Below, piece by piece: positions 17,167 through 18,733 of a DNA stretch of 18,733 bases. Position 1 is the stretch's first letter, and every line of letters begins with the position of its first letter. Both the position numbers and the translations under genes were made by a program. The stretch lies in assembly GCA_038143065.1 (NCBI GenBank), contig JAYQLI010000048.1, positions 1 through 18,733 on the forward strand, in the 5' to 3' direction. The DNA is from Rhodospirillales bacterium. GTDB lineage: Bacteria > Pseudomonadota > Alphaproteobacteria > Bin95. Under the pieces are notes generated by a model. That model saw nothing but the letters and a program-made list of their open reading frames with translations, made no database searches and had not been told where the DNA came from.

Positions 17167-18439
17167 CTAAAGTTTAAATGGAATGTAGAGAACTAAGTCA
17201 GACCAAACATACATGACGAAAACTGTGAACAGCATCAAGAGTAAGAACGATACCCCCTTTGCTACTTCACCGAGTTTAGCGTTTGCTACAGATTGTATCA
17301 TATAAATTCAGACCTACTGGAGGTGTGATTAAAGCACATTCAACCATAACAACCACATGAAAATGCCGAACCAAATTGGGTCAATACCCATACTCATCGC
17401 TGCGGGTAGCAGAACTGGAACCATGATTAGAACCATGGATAAAGTCTCAAATACAAGCCCCATTGCGATCAAAACAACACAAACGACGATGATAAACAAT
17501 GTTTTGCTATCGACATAAGTTTGTATCAGTTGCGAAATATCCTGGAGGATCCGGTATAGCGTAATCGCTTTGCCGAATATCTTTGCCCCGGCGATGATAA
17601 TCAAGATAGCGGCTGTTGTTACCATTGCCTCAAATATTGCTTTCTCTTGAAATTTGCCATACTTAGCGAACGCATGATTACCACGGTCAATATCATTGAT
17701 AAGGCAAAACCTACAGCAGCGGCTTCGGTAGGCGTGAAAATACCAGGTAAATACCGCCCAAAATAAGTGCTGCAAGTGCAATTGTTGGTGCTACTTTTAT
17801 ACTATGTCTTAAGCGCTCATCCCAACTGGCTTTTTTCAGTGGGTGTGTATCCACCAAATACATGAGCATAGATGATCGAGTAGAGTATGAATAACCCAAT
17901 TAGGAAGATACCTTTGGGCCTACCGGCCAAGAATAGAGAGATGACACTTTCTTCTGTGATAAAACCATACACGATCATTGGTAGGCTTTGTGGGATCAAG
18001 ATACCAGAGGTGCCGCCAGCAGCCAACAATCCGTAAACAAAGTTCTTATTGTAGCCTCTAGAAATCATTTCAGGGATAGCGACAACGCCGATAGTTGCTG
18101 CGGTTGCAACCGAAACTCCAGAGATTGCGGGCAAAGATACCACAAGAAACAATTGTTGCAATTGCTAGTCCCCCAGGCCAATGCCCGACCCAAGCTTGGA
18201 CAGCACTGTATAGGTCCTTACCACAACCACCGTAAAGAAGAACGTTGCTCATTAATAAGAAGAGTGGAACGGCTAATAATATAAAACCATCAAGGGTTGA
18301 CAGAATGGCTTGTGGAGCCATTAACGGTGAAAAGCCTTCTGCCAAGAGCATACCTAATCCAAGCCCCCCAAAGAGAAGGCGACAGGTAAACTTGCCAGAG
18401 AAGCGCAAACATTACGAATAAGATCGTTACAAGTTTCAT
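17167..18439 (-). CDS. dctM: TRAP transporter large permease; heavily frameshifted
   Basis: MKLVTILFVMFALL start, then LLAVPLFLLMSNVL, AISGVSVATAATIG, AAGGTSGILIP, FETLSMVLIMVPVLLP and GIDPIWFGI. Confidence 0.88.
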
Positions 18440-18733
18440 TCATGGCCTCCACTAGGGATTGGATCACCTGAAATTAGCTTGAAGATTTCAATCAAAGCTT
18501 GCACAGCAACGAAAGCAAAAAGTAATGGCACTGGTAACTCTGCTATCCAAGCAGGAGATCCAACAAGCTTCCAGTCGTTCGACCTCGTTCAAACGAGTCG
18601 TGAAAGATCGTCCATCCGAAATAGGTCATACAAGCTGAACCATACCAAAATGAGCATAGTAATTACACCACTAGTCTCTGGGCCTACCATCGCTTAGTAA
18701 ACCAGTTACCATTAATTTGAATAGCAATACGTA
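18436..18733 (-). CDS. dctQ: TRAP transporter small permease, 3' part (runs off the window)
   Basis: Hydrophobic segments with PAWIAELPVPLLFAFVAVQALIEIF. The stop overlaps the dctM start (ATGA). Confidence 0.75.

Noticed and set aside
415-18439. Programmed frameshifting or phase variation at homopolymers
   Set aside because: The indels are too many, lie in short runs, go in both directions and affect all gene classes. Sequencing error is the simpler explanation.
1-18733. CRISPR array, rRNA, riboswitch or known anti-phage defence genes
   Set aside because: I saw no regularly spaced repeats or diagnostic motifs by eye. An Rfam/DefenseFinder scan was not possible.

Overview
This window most likely comes from a marine alphaproteobacterium (an inference from gene content) and covers the right end of a genomic island plus flanking host DNA. 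The consensus is noisy: most genes carry 1-bp indels, often in homopolymers. It has four blocks. (1) About 415-9570 is a GC-richer catabolic/detox cluster: a YfcG-like GST divergent from TetR + DUF1330, then a nitronate monooxygenase-family enzyme, a second GST and an acyl-CoA ligase. These converge with a TRAP dctPQM transporter and a GlxA-type AraC regulator. One bipartite motif with 21-bp spacing recurs upstream of three transcription units. (2) 9988-15341 is an AT-rich cargo between directly oriented IS6-family copies. It is a co-oriented array of about six small putative dimeric alpha+beta barrel proteins (several missed by the ORF track), a small membrane protein and a GST-kappa/DsbA-type isomerase. 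(3) This IS6 unit appears to have replaced most of a large serine recombinase: a C-terminal stub lies at ~9820-9987 and its DUF2924 partner at 15347-15703, next to a 3' tRNA-Phe fragment (probable attR, 15809-15854). (4) From about 16047 is probable host DNA: TRAP dctQM, an isocitrate lyase/PEP mutase-family enzyme and a small conserved hypothetical gene. Family calls come from motif recognition by eye, not database searches. GC contrasts are visual estimates.
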